From: Lytechinus pictus
Lineage: Eukaryota
Direction: 5' to 3'
Length of the DNA: 64,000 nt
Assembly: GCF_037042905.1 (NCBI RefSeq)
Contig: NC_087251.1
Span: forward strand, 16,680,001 to 16,744,000
Below the pieces are notes generated by a model. The model did no database searches, had not been told where the DNA came from, and was given only the letters and a program-made list of their open reading frames with translations. This document shows, piece by piece, positions 38,946 to 48,320 of the stretch. The position numbers and the translations under genes were made by a program. Positions within the stretch are counted from its first letter, which is position 1; every line of letters begins with the position of its first letter.

Positions 38946-41900
38946 GTGCCCATTGTCATGTATCCAGGTATTATATATGTTTCATTTATGGTATATTACA
39001 AAAAAACTTGTCCATTGATTAAATTATAGCAGAATTTCCTCCTCATTTATCTGATTTCAAAAATATGTCAGCTTTCATAATTCATAGCTTACATTCCCCT
39101 CCCTCATCCTTGAACCCAATTGCATATGAACATAGCATATACCATCTAGGAAGACCAATTCCCTCTATGAATAATTTTGTCCTTGAAGAGGGGTCTATAA
39201 GACAGTATGAATTCATATTTAATAAACCGTGATTATTTTCATGATATATCATTGAACAACTAAATCGTATACAATCTTTAAGATGTTATATTTATCTTCT
39301 TTTAAAATAATCTTAAACAACTAAATACTTGGGGATGAGGTATCAATATTGTTCTAGTCTCACTACATTAGAATAGACAGGGGATTAATTTATTCATATA
39401 TTAACTGGTTTCTCCATCTTGTAGCAGCTGATGAGTGTAGAATAGTTCTATTTTTTACTCTCACATGATATCTGTATAAAGTTTGTAGATTGAAGAATAA
39501 CATATAAGCATTATCAGCCAATGAACAGATGCTGTGCATACATCATGTTTTGAAGAAATTGCATTTGACAATTGCAAACAAAAATGACAGTTCAAATTGT
39601 AAAAAAATCCTGAAAGGGTAATTGTCAACTATCCAAAGAGATTTTAACATTAAAAAAAGGAAGCAATTTTGTAATAACTCTTATGGACGCTGAGGGCTTC
39701 ACATTTTTGTTCTTTTGCTCCACTTATCCAATTAACATGTAGATTTAAAAAAATCTTTTGATGATTTTGATGAAACATTTCATGAACATATGCACTTGTG
39801 CTTTGACTACAGCACTGTATGTTAGACTTTTTCATTGTTTTGAAATCATAGTTTCTGTTAAAAGCAGTGACATTGTTGCATTCTGTTGTTGGCTGAAGAT
39901 TCTTCATTTGCAGTTAATCTTTCAATTCTGAGGGATTCTTGCCTTTGAGTTTTCTGCACAATATGGGTTCTGTTGGGACTTTGCCATAAAGCTGTTTGTA
40001 AAGATATGCATGATTTTATGAATAACTGGAACATGTTCATAGGTGCTACATTAGATTCCCAATCATTGCGGTACCCATTGGTTAAATCTACAATGTACTC
40101 TTTTTGGGAGCAAAATTCTTGTCCTTAACAAGCATTTCAATGGAAAATGTACTCTCATGGAAAATCGATCAGGGTTAAGTAAAATTCACTCACACTTTTT
40201 CAAGACACCAAGATAAAATTGGGTTCTCTTTTCAAGAACAAAGTCATCCAGTCATTTGTAGAATCAAGCTTGATACCTCAGTCATATTTCCCCTACGACC
40301 AAGACACCAAGATAAAATTGGGTTCTCTTTTCAAGAACAAAGTCATCCAGTCATTTGTAGAATCAAGCTGGATACCTCAGTCATATTTCCCCTACGACCG
40401 AAAACGGCCGTTTTAACATTTTTCGTACCAGCAACATTTGGGTCGTTTGAATAAAATTAGATAAACGGCTGTTTTCGACTCTTCGTACGGCGGCAGTAGA
40501 AGAAATGTGACTGAGGTGAGTCACAAACAGTTTTACGAAACACTCCCAGGGGTTGTGGTATAGTGTATGCTTGCATTTAGATCAGATCTATCACCTCATT
40601 TTGCTTTCCAGTATCTAAGAAGGCGCAAGGAAGAAGTAGCCAGAGCGGTGGAAGAAACCAGGAAGAGATTAACATCAGTAAGAATCTGTGCATGCAATTA
40701 TTCTTTTCTTCATTGAGCAGTGGTTCTTTAACTATTTCACAAATTAACTTGACAAGCATTTTCTGGGGGGAAAGTGGTCACCTGTTTATATTGAAATGCA
40801 TCTTCATTTTTATGACAAGGGCATTATTGATTTCCAAGATTAAATCTAGGCAATAGTTTGGGGGAAAAAATAATTTTGCCCGAAAAGTAATGATGAAAAT
40901 ACTGAAAAGTAGAAATTTTATTTGATGAATATCAAAGTTTCCATGATGAATGATCTACACTTACATGTTTAGATTAACAGAAAACAGTAATATGAATATG
41001 AATATTCCACTGCATTTTGACCTTGGAATTAAAGAGGATAATATTTATTTAAAAAATAGACATGAAAGATCATATGACCCCTATATAGAGGAGATGGCTT
41101 AGAAAAGAAACTGAAGTACATGTACCAGAATGTTCTATTCAGATTAAGGATCAGAGGGGCAAACCATTGTAAATGCATAATAGGATTTCTCTGGTCAGAA
41201 CTTTTCGGTATCACTATTAAAGAACAGAAAAAGATGTTAGATCGGACTATAAGGTTATTTTAGAACCACTGCTCTAACTCCTGTTAGTGCTCCAGTGTGA
41301 TGGTAACCTAATTCATCTACTAGTATTAAGGTGTTGACTTCTATCGTTTAATGCACAGTTCATGCCATCCTGTTTTGGAACGATGGCTTGCAAATGCCTC
41401 TTAACCTTCATTTTAGAAGAAAAATTATATATTTTTTTTTACTTTGTTTTTATGAATCACACTCTTCACATGAATAAAAAAAATTAATATGTGGAGTTTC
41501 GGTGCAAAAAATAGTTAATGTATTATTCCGTATCGTAATATTATTTCACTTTTGGGGCAATCATCAGGAGACTTATCGACCCTTGGCTTTGGGTTTTAAG
41601 GCTTGAGGGTATTTTACATGACTAGGCTTTTGAATATGGATTTATAAATCAGGTGACCTCACAATAATTGTCTGGAAATTTGGAATAAAATGTGTGACTG
41701 AATTTCTGATATTTCAAATTAAAACTTTGCAAATAATTGTCCTCTTTAAAAAGTCATTAAAAAAAAAAGAACATTCATATAGACCAGAGACATGACTAAT
41801 TATAATGAGCAAAACAAGGCTTTTGTTTTGCTCTCATGATAAAGACCTAGCCAATGTACTATGTGAGATTTTTACTTTTATGGGCAGACTAATTCAATTA

Positions 41901-44900
41901 GATGGCTGCAGAGCATGATTTAGTTGGCAGATCAAAGGAGGTTTGGTGGATTAAAAGTGAAAGCTGTGCTAGTGGTACCTCTATAGTTTTTGTTGGAAAC
42001 AGACCTGTATCAAACGCTTCATGATAGCTGATTTCAAGTGCAGTATTGGTGCTGGTGTTGCTGTTAGATGCACGGATCAAATTTTCTTTGCTAACTCTAA
42101 CACGTAATCTGAGTGTACACAAATGGTCAATGCCTAGTTTAGAACAACCCAGGACAATCTTTATTTTAAGTTTAGTGCTGTCTGATCTAAAAATTGACCT
42201 AACACCAACACCTAAAGGTCAACACTGAACTTGAAATCACCCAATTTGAGAACGTTTTTATCAACATACAGTAGTGTCTAAGAAATGGTATTCAAGGCCT
42301 CATAGCATATTATCAATTCTGGCAATCGCCAAACAAGGTCATTGTTGCATGTCAAATTTGCTATTACCAGTAACCAATCAGAATTGTTGATTAAAATGTG
42401 CATTCTATTGCAAACCTTTGTGATGCAGGACCTTGTAGTTGTTTTAGATTAGATGCCTTTCTTCATGACAATTTACCCTTTACTTGTTGTGAGAACCATT
42501 AAGAATTTAAAAAACGTATTGTAATCATAATTTCTTTTTTAGAATGGGTGTTGTGTTATTTCAGAATAAAGCTCTTGATTATTGGGGCAATATAAACAAA
42601 CATGCTTTGATTTTGCCAAACCCTGACATCTTGAAACATGCATACTGAACATATGTTTTCTCTTGTGTCTCATTTTCACAATCCCTATGCTTTTTATTGA
42701 ATCATGTACAAGATCCTTTCACAACTGTTATGGCATGCCATGAAAAACCCCTCTTTATCCCAAGAACCTTTCAAATGTATACATGTATATAGGCCTACCA
42801 CTCCATTAAATCTCACTTATTTATCCAATTGAAGTTGAACATGGAAAATGTACAGCAAAACAGTCTCCATATTGCAACTTATTTAATGTAGATGGAAGAT
42901 GATAGCAAGACTGAGGGGAGGACCCTCTTTCACAAACTTCAATAGATCATAAATGTGCTGACATTTTATGTGTGTACCGGAGTGCCTAATGAATCCATTA
43001 CCATATACCAAGCAAGTGTCTCTTATTGTACCTTTTTTAGTTTGAGCGCTAAATCAAGTGCACTTATACATCTTACCAAATATAATTTCACACTTTGATA
43101 CTATGTGAAAAGCTTAATATTGTTGACCAATCAAATCCACTAGTTTATGAAGATACCATGGATAACAATCTGGAGTGAAATAGGGCCCTTTTTTGTCTCC
43201 ATGGTACCTTGAATAATTTTTTTGCCAAGATTAATGTTTTATTTTAAGATGATCTTTACTCCTATATTTACCTCTATGTGTATCCTTTCCATGTTTCTCT
43301 CATGTAAAATGCTTATAACCATTTTCATTGTAGCTTGGATGGAACATGGGAGATAAAAAGACTGCCAATGTCCCAACTGCTGCAACTTCAGGCCCTGGTG
43401 GTGCGAAAGTGAAACCTGCCATACCTCCCCGCCAGAGTAAACCTGTGCCAAGAAAGGTAGACCAACCTCTAACAGAACTTCCTTGTGATAAAGACACTAG
43501 TGCAACCCCTGTTCCTGTCCAGACTGATTCAGTACTAAACAGTAAAGACAAAAAAGATGATGCCTCTGTTGAGGATGCCTCTTTGAATGGCCATTCAATG
43601 TCTGGGGATGTTGGTGTGAAAGGACAGACAGAGAGCATCCCTAAAGGTGGCAGTCTTGATAAGAACCGGCATGCCAGCAAGGAGAGCTCACATGAGTCCA
43701 GCCCTGAGACGTCGGGCAATGCTAAGGACCAAAAGACCAAGGAAAAATCCTCAGACTCTGTAAAAAATGTCAAGAACAATGCTTTGGACGAAGCCCTCGA
43801 TGATATCTTCAAAGACAACAAGTCTCCAAAGCACCTGATCAGACAGACATCGGTGTCTTCAGATGACACCAGCAGCAGCTGTGACTTTGAGGCAGAGGTA
43901 GATTCCAATAAGGAGAATGTGAGCAGTGTGGCCTTGCTGAATAAAAAGAAGCATGGGGAGGAAGAGGGTTCAGGAGTGCCCAACACCAAGTCCATGAGCG
44001 GAGGTGACAGGTCAAAGATCGCAGGCAAGAAGACCAACATGAGGAGGGTTGCATCCTTGACTGACCTTAGGAAGGATAACTGTGAGTTTAGGACAAGGAT
44101 TATTAAAAATGCTTCCCATTGAGTATACATTTAGGAAAAAATTGAGAAATGAATTTCCATTTGTTTTGGTAAAGTATCTGCCTGTCAGGGACCTATTTCA
44201 TTAAAAGTTGCTATCATTTGTTGGAATGTCAACTTTCATTGTAAGAGCCAGTCAAAAAGCACAATTTTTCTTGTTGTCATGGTAGTTGACATTCTAGCAA
44301 GACTTGCTATCATTGCAACTTTTTATGAAATGGGGCCCTGGTGATTTCATGCATTTCATGTTGCTTTTTATTTGTCTACCTTGTCATATGGAATAGGTTA
44401 TTGAGAAGCGATTATTATTATATAATCACATTATGAATCAATTTATTGGGGGTGGGGTACCTCTTTCTTTTGCTTTTGCTATCATTTCCCTTTACTCAAT
44501 TAGTATAGATGATAAATATGATTTCATTCTGTAATCTGTCTCTAATTATTTTGCAGTGGACAAGAACGAGTCCTCCCCCACCCTAACTCCACCGACCCAG
44601 TCATCCCATGCCAGAAGTTCCAGCTCAGAAAGGGCAAGGAAACAGCAATCCCCCAGCGACAGCCCAGCTCGGCAAAAGAGGAGGGAGAAAGCAGATCGAA
44701 TGCTTCCCCTGCTCCCTACGCCAAAGACACGGTCTTATGAGGGGCGAACTGAGAGTTCTATGGCCAAAGTGGTAAGGAGGATTAGCGAGTCGCCACCCCC
44801 TTCTCCAAACACAAGGCGAAAGAAGATGAGCCTTGGTGGAGCCACCATCATGTCAAAGAGTGGTCCTTTGAAGGCAACAGATTCGTCTTTAATTAGTGAC

Positions 44901-47900
44901 ACTAAATCAGATATAGATCTAGATCTTAATAGTGAATCATCTTTTGAAAGCTCGAAGGCTAGTGAAGATGGCTCCAGCACAACGTCAAGAAAGACTGCAT
45001 CATCGGACAAACTTGCAATGCCTCCACCAACGTCAACTCATGTCAGTAAGACAAAGGGGAAGAAAATGTCCAATACCAAGATGGCAGATAGAGGTAGGAA
45101 GAGGAGTTCGTCGGTTACCCTTACCCCAGGAACATGTCGAGGTCGCAGGTCATCGACCTCCTCTCTTCCACCATCAACATCGGAGAGCAAAGCAAAATCT
45201 ACAGACTCAAAATCAAAGATTCCCATGGTAAATGCGAAACCTGCTGTACCCAGCAGATCGCCAAAGGCCACCACCGATTCAAAGTCTGAAATTATTCCAA
45301 AGCAACCTGCTAAAAACGCAAAAGACACACACACTGGAGAAGGTGTGCAAGCTGACAGCATCCTTGCTGAATCAGAGTCAAGTAAAGAAGCAAGAGATGT
45401 GAACAAATCTTCAGAGACACCAATAGGTAATGAGAAAACTGTTGAAGTTATGAAACAGGGAGAGGAAGATGAAGAAAAAGAATCAGATAAGAGCAGTGGT
45501 GTCAGTGAGGATACCATGGTACTAGAGTCCACTAAAGTGAGGACAACATCGCCGCAGGAGGGAGATGAGCAGAGGAAACCTGTGGAAGGCCTCACTACCA
45601 GTGGTGGAAATACACCTGAGGAGGTTAAAGCCATGAGGGCTGACTTAACAATAGACCTGGATGATATTACTGGTGAGTGGTTATGGATATCTCATGTTTT
45701 AACCATAAAAGACTGGGCTATTTTGATGCCTAGGATGGGAGGACTGATTTCAATCCTTACCCCTTATGATCTTGGACGTTGACCATGCAATCGCAACAAC
45801 AATCACACATTGCCCATGGCAATATCTATAAAACTGGAAAATCAAGTGTGTAAAAAATACCTTGACCAATCAATTATTCATTTTTAAAATGGAAAATGTA
45901 TAAAATAAAAGGAACTTGCTCTTATTAACTAAATAAAGCTCCCAAACTGCTAATTTTTAAATCAAAGACTCTGTTTGTAGGATACTTTCCAAATGTACCT
46001 TAAAAAGAATAAAAAATTCTTGCCTGTATATCAGAGCAAGATAGGTGCCGCTTTTCCGACAGCGGCGGCGTCAACATTTTGCAAATTTTGTGATTATGTT
46101 ATTGGTGATGTGTGTGCCAATTTTTGTCGTGACCGTGTGATCAACAACTGAGATGGGGGAGGCAAAAAAATATTTCAATTTCTTTTTGGCTATTTGGTCT
46201 AGTTAGACCATACAAATCATGTGTCGTAAATCAAATATTCAATGTTTTGTCATGTCATCGGCGGTCATCCGAACCGTCGTATCACACATACGAAAGTGCA
46301 AACTTATTTCTGAGAAAATTGACTTCAAAATTTACTATTATTTCCACACTTTGTTTCCCAGCCTTACAACATTTTCATTGCTAGAAAAATACCTGGTTGG
46401 AAAGGCCATCATAACTTTGGAAGATTATAGATATAGTTCATGAAATGTGGACAAAGGGGTAATCAAGTGTCACTTATCATCTTGCACGAGTCTTAGGTCA
46501 CATGATCAAGGACAAATGTCATTTAGGGTCAATGAACATAGTACTTTATTATCATATGAATGAAGTTATTTGTGAATAATTATTATATAGTCATGTTTAA
46601 AGTCAGCATTGCTGCTGTATTGAATTGCGTAATGCAGGCGAGACCGCCAGAGCCACTCTACTTGTGTAATGTATTCTTCTGTAGCAGGATACACCCATAC
46701 CTTGTGATAAGAGTGAAACCTGGCTACTCAAACAAACTTTCTTTTTCTTTTTTTTACAAATATTACTCTCATCCCCTTTATTTCTATGAGATATTACATG
46801 TGCCTTGGGCAGATATTATGTTGGATACCAGCACACAATACAACGCTCATGCTATTATTTTGTGTAGTCTAACAACAGCTGTCTGTCATTTTGTTCCTTG
46901 ACAGTGGATGGGACAGAAGTAGATCCTGGTGTGGGACTGAGAAGGAGTGTAGATGCCATGAAGAAAGCCTTCGATCAATGCATCGATTATGTTTCATTGG
47001 TAAACAGAGAGTGTTATACATTATGTTGACTCTGAGAAAAGGATAAGCCCAGCAAATTGTTCTTTCATTTTCCATTGAGTAATATAGAGTAGTATCCTAA
47101 TTGGTATGATGTTGCCAGAGATATTGTCGCCTTCCCGCAGAACGGATTTTAACACGCACGTGTGCAAAAAGTATATTTTCAAGAAAATGCAATTTATGTT
47201 TTGACCTTATTTTTGTGCTTTTAGCATCTAGTTTATTATTGTCTGATTTTTTAGCACCAAAATATGTTAACGGCCTTTCTGCGGGAAGGCGACGATATCT
47301 TATGACAATGTTGACAATGATGATCATGGTTATGAACAGAAGTAGTCACAGCACCTGCATTAGCAGAAGTAGTCGTAGCAGTAGTAGTAGTAGCAGTAGC
47401 AGTATAGCAGCAGTAGGAGGAGGAGGACAAGAAAATATATGATGAGGAGGAGGAGGACAAGAAAATATATGATGAGGAGGAGGAGGAGGATAAGGATGAT
47501 GGTCATCAAGTCATGGTGAAAGCTTCTTCTTACAAGTAATAAAAGCATTACGAATCCATTGAAGCTTCTCATTATCAAGATGTTGATCACAAATGGCAAG
47601 GATGCTTGTGAAAGAAAAAAAATACTCACTGTGAAAGCTTTATCTTACAACTAATAAAAGCATTACAAATCCATTCAAGCTTCTCATTATCAAGACAAAG
47701 ATCCTGTGTTCTACAACCCCCAAGAATCTACTTAGGAAATACTAGAAGATTAAATGAAGTACTAAAAGATCTTTTTACAATTTTATTTCACTATGTTCTA
47801 TGGCTTCCAAAAGTCCATTTAGAAAATACTATAACGATTGAATGAAGCATTAAAGATCTTTTTAATGATTTCATGTTTTATCTCAAACCAGATTGAGAGG

Positions 47901-48320
47901 AAAGGAAACCACTGTCAAGACTTAAACTATTTCAGTTCAACCTTTGCCAATATGGACAAATCCTATGATACCAGGGTACTTCATGTCGTCCGTCGAAGCA
48001 ACAACGCCTCCCCGGAAAACACACTCTCCAATGCCAGCGAGGGCTGCCTCAATATCGATAATTCTGGACAGTTCACAGAGACATCCCGAAGTCTGCCCTC
48101 GTTGTCAGACCTTATGGGTGGTCCATCGGTTGAAACGAGGGAGCGGTTGGACAAGAGGTCGGGATCATTGGATGCATCTTCACCTCAGGCTCTGGCTATG
48201 CTACAGCATTACTCTGACATGTTGGTTAATATGGTCAGATCTAAGATGGATGATAGTGAGGATGGGCTGTTGAGCGGCAGAAGTCGGATGTCGTCGCTTG
48301 ATCTTGAAGGAGAGGACTAG
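1762..48320 (+). CDS. MAPKBP1: MAPKBP1/WDR62-family WD40-repeat scaffold protein (JNK-binding protein), 5'-partial, 29 exons in window
   Basis: Spliced translation gives family motifs: [124 protein letters not shown] and C-terminal [13 protein letters not shown]. All 28 introns are GT-AG with matching phases; exon sum is 5667 nt. Probably co-orthologous to vertebrate MAPKBP1 and WDR62. Confidence 0.93.
5225..5790. repeat. degenerate tandem duplication (about 4 related blocks)
   Basis: tatcatgaatgatgaaaccataatgaatacat...ttaaccaaattgttaaaatatg occurs twice about 280 bp apart; (a)caagatgtcctcattc-like motif four times. Confidence 0.8.
13314..13406 (+). CDS. MAPKBP1: exon 2 ([13 protein letters not shown]...GKSR)
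   Basis: cttcag| ... AGG|gtaagt, phase 0/0; follows an 11.4-kb intron. Confidence 0.92.
14098..14280 (+). CDS. MAPKBP1: exon 3 ([16 protein letters not shown]...DKWVELR)
   Basis: cctag| ... AGA|gtgagt, phase 0/0. Confidence 0.93.
14754..14914 (+). CDS. MAPKBP1: exon 4 ([12 protein letters not shown]...[11 protein letters not shown])
   Basis: tccag| ... AG|gtaagt, phase 0/2. Confidence 0.93.
15320..15921. mobile_element. non-autonomous Kolobok-like element with long TIRs
   Basis: AGGTCAAGTCCACCC ... GGGTGGACTTGTCCT termini; flanks gtaa / ttaa; internal arms 15384-15443 and 15799-15857 are inverted. Confidence 0.75.
15995..16070 (+). CDS. MAPKBP1: exon 5 ([25 protein letters not shown])
   Basis: ttacag| ... 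AAG|gtaaga, phase 2/0. Confidence 0.92.
16268..17206 (+). mobile_element. Helentron-associated (HINE/DINE-1/Tsp-like) element with internal tandem array
   Basis: T-run, subTIR gtctcacctgcat (16273) / atgcaggtgagac (17172), 5' gtctcac..gtgagac hairpin, (CGG)n microsatellite, 4-5 tandem units of about 160-190 bp, end cttgtt. Confidence 0.8.
17461..17718 (+). CDS. MAPKBP1: exon 6 ([14 protein letters not shown]...KRNIYSH)
   Basis: gcacag| ... CAT|gtgagt, phase 0/0. Confidence 0.94.
18210..18376 (+). CDS. MAPKBP1: exon 7 (ELLKVLYV...[12 protein letters not shown])
   Basis: ttatag| ... AG|gtaaat, phase 0/2. Confidence 0.93.
19115..19221 (+). CDS. MAPKBP1: exon 8 (SGNVRVHDL...[17 protein letters not shown])
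   Basis: gttag| ... G|gtaaga, phase 2/1. Confidence 0.93.
19253..19353. repeat. compound trinucleotide microsatellite (AAT/GAT/GGT)
   Basis: Seen directly. Confidence 0.85.
19463..19588 (+). CDS. MAPKBP1: exon 9 ([17 protein letters not shown]...SVKFN)
   Basis: ccacag| ... C|gtaagt, phase 1/1. Confidence 0.94.
20230..20419 (+). CDS. MAPKBP1: exon 10 ([14 protein letters not shown]...TACQDRNL)
   Basis: atctag| ... AG|gtaggg, phase 1/2. Confidence 0.92.
20490..20570. repeat. 26-bp perfect tandem repeat x3
   Basis: gtggaaggattatcatatttcatgaa three times. Confidence 0.95.
20978..21165 (+). CDS. MAPKBP1: exon 11 ([15 protein letters not shown]...ATMMGHS)
   Basis: atatag| ... G|gtaaga, phase 2/1. 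Confidence 0.93.
21240..22729 (+). pseudogene. two duplicated copies of the 3' part of exon 11 plus donor (189-bp unit); the first is split by a transposon
   Basis: Copy 2 = 21240-21300 + 22473-22606; copy 3 = 22607-22729; both keep TCAG|GTAAGAAT but lack the acceptor. Confidence 0.88.
21301..22472. mobile_element. non-autonomous hAT-like element, 13-bp TIR, 6-bp TSD
   Basis: CAGGGATGCCACT / AGTGGCATCCCTG; GTCTAA at 21295-21300 and 22473-22478; the empty site is visible in exon 11. Confidence 0.9.
23380..23985. repeat. degenerate minisatellite, about 80-84-bp period, about 7 units
   Basis: atctaactactttgcatct(a/g)taggaca-like motif near 23463, 23547, 23626, 23710, 23794 and 23945. Confidence 0.8.
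24309..24372 (+). CDS. MAPKBP1: exon 12 ([22 protein letters not shown])
   Basis: tcacag| ... GG|gtaagt, phase 1/2. Confidence 0.93.
24854..24964 (+). CDS. MAPKBP1: exon 13 ([19 protein letters not shown]...), end of WD40 region
   Basis: tcccag| ... AG|gtaaag, phase 2/2. Confidence 0.92.
25712..25872 (+). CDS. MAPKBP1: exon 14 (RGTYVVPPE...DDREPDE)
   Basis: ttacag| ... G|gtagca, phase 2/1, open frame. Confidence 0.85.
26025..26192. mobile_element. short Harbinger-like MITE, CTG TSD
   Basis: gttggtgtttcataaagctgtttgtaa / ttacgaacagctttttattaaacacccac; CTG on both sides. Confidence 0.72.
26294..26364 (+). CDS. MAPKBP1: exon 15 ([23 protein letters not shown])
   Basis: ttccag| ... GCC|gtaaga, phase 1/0; LPxWA motif. 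Confidence 0.88.
27023..27182 (+). CDS. MAPKBP1: exon 16 (GEDIPD...PRGRWAQ...EDCL)
   Basis: cactag| ... G|gtaaag, phase 0/1; PRGRWA family motif. Confidence 0.9.
27710..27780 (+). CDS. MAPKBP1: exon 17 ([15 protein letters not shown][VRPFANRSQ]) with two in-frame donors, after 27753 or 27780
   Basis: tttaag| acceptor, phase 1; CAA|gtaaga and CAA|gtaagt donors, both phase 0. Confidence 0.82.
28723..28758 (+). CDS. candidate 36-nt cassette micro-exon ([12 protein letters not shown])
   Basis: Pyrimidine tract ttttttccccttgaag| and GAG|gtatca; phase 0/0 fits the neighbouring exons. Confidence 0.45.
28887..28919 (+). CDS. candidate 33-nt cassette micro-exon ([11 protein letters not shown])
   Basis: Long AG-free pyrimidine tract ending ccaccaaaag| and AAA|gtgggt; phase 0/0. 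Confidence 0.4.
31392..31421 (+). CDS. MAPKBP1: exon 18, 30-nt micro-exon ([10 protein letters not shown])
   Basis: tttttttttacccag| ... GAG|gtaagt, near-consensus sites, phase 0/0. Confidence 0.78.
31836..31922 (+). CDS. MAPKBP1: exon 19 ([29 protein letters not shown])
   Basis: tttcag| ... AAG|gtaaat, phase 0/0. Confidence 0.8.
32347..32627 (+). CDS. MAPKBP1: exon 20, acidic (MDGFVTT...[16 protein letters not shown])
   Basis: cactag| ... AG|gtgagg, phase 0/2. Confidence 0.88.
33869..34020 (+). CDS. MAPKBP1: exon 21 ([10 protein letters not shown]...SATSST)
   Basis: ttccag| ... G|gtaagt, phase 2/1. Confidence 0.88.
34377..34551 (+). CDS. MAPKBP1: exon 22 (GNEEEDVD...[12 protein letters not shown])
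   Basis: tgatag| ... AG|gtgagg, phase 1/2; PDxExFL motif. Confidence 0.88.
35792..35950 (+). CDS. MAPKBP1: exon 23 (FAEKEKN...[17 protein letters not shown])
   Basis: atgtag| ... AG|gtgact, phase 2/2; SISSRFL motif. Confidence 0.88.
37951..38107. mobile_element. short Harbinger-like MITE, CAG TSD
   Basis: gggagagtttcat ... aaaacactccc; CAG on both sides. Confidence 0.68.
38623..38674 (+). CDS. MAPKBP1: exon 24 ([17 protein letters not shown])
   Basis: ttgtag| ... GAG|gtatga; supplies the required phase 2->0 shift. Confidence 0.78.
38913..38939. repeat. (TA)n microsatellite
   Basis: Seen directly. Confidence 0.95.
40201..40398. repeat. 99-bp tandem duplication, one mismatch
   Basis: caagacaccaagat...ccctacgac twice (aagctt vs aagctg). 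Confidence 0.95.
40373..40518. mobile_element. decayed copy of the palindromic MITE seen at 54197
   Basis: tacctcagtcatattt ... aaatgtgactgaggtg, with aaacggctgtttt core. Confidence 0.7.
40612..40677 (+). CDS. MAPKBP1: exon 25 ([22 protein letters not shown])
   Basis: tttccag| ... TCA|gtaaga, phase 0/0; charged, helix-like peptide. Confidence 0.85.
43334..44081 (+). CDS. MAPKBP1: exon 26, 748 nt, low-complexity/disordered
   Basis: ttgtag| ... T|gtgagt, phase 0/1; overlaps ORF 43346..44122. Confidence 0.88.
44189..44337. mobile_element. short Harbinger-like MITE
   Basis: ggacctatttcattaaaagttgc / gcaactttttatgaaatggggcc; CAG / CTG flanks. Confidence 0.65.
44557..45672 (+). CDS. MAPKBP1: exon 27, 1116 nt, Ser/Lys-rich
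   Basis: ttgcag| ... G|gtgagt, phase 1/1; contains [13 protein letters not shown] and RADLTIDL. Confidence 0.9.
46017..46665 (+). mobile_element. older, decayed relative of the HINE at 16268
   Basis: Head taggtgccgcttttccgacagcggcggcgtcaaca; one core unit; tail atgcaggcgagac...ctacttgt. Confidence 0.75.
46905..46999 (+). CDS. MAPKBP1: exon 28 (DGTEVDPG...[15 protein letters not shown])
   Basis: tgacag| ... TTG|gtaaac, phase 1/0. Confidence 0.85.
47119..47300. mobile_element. small foldback MITE with 24-bp inverted ends
   Basis: agatattgtcgccttcccgcagaa / ttctgcgggaaggcgacgatatct. Confidence 0.7.
47301..47695. repeat. mixed trinucleotide repeats plus local duplications (about 31 bp and 64 bp)
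   Basis: (AGT/AGC/GGA)n; gaggaggaggacaagaaaatatatgat twice; gtgaaagctt...cattatcaaga at about 47516 and 47631. Confidence 0.8.
47892..48320 (+). CDS. MAPKBP1: terminal exon 29 with C-terminal helix ([20 protein letters not shown])
   Basis: aaccag| acceptor, phase 0, TAG at 48318-48320; resembles the WDR62/MAPKBP1 C-terminal dimerisation helix. Confidence 0.9.
   Translation: MERKGNHCQDLNYFSSTFANMDKSYDTRVLHVVRRSNNASPENTLSNASEGCLNIDNSGQFTETSRSLPSLSDLMGGPSVETRERLDKRSGSLDASSPQALAMLQHYSDMLVNMVRSKMDDSEDGLLSGRSRMSSLDLEGED

Noticed and set aside
43300..45634. Long minus-strand ORFs (43300..44130, 44735..45010, 45038..45634)
   Set aside because: They are antisense shadows of the large + strand exons, with no recognisable motifs of their own.
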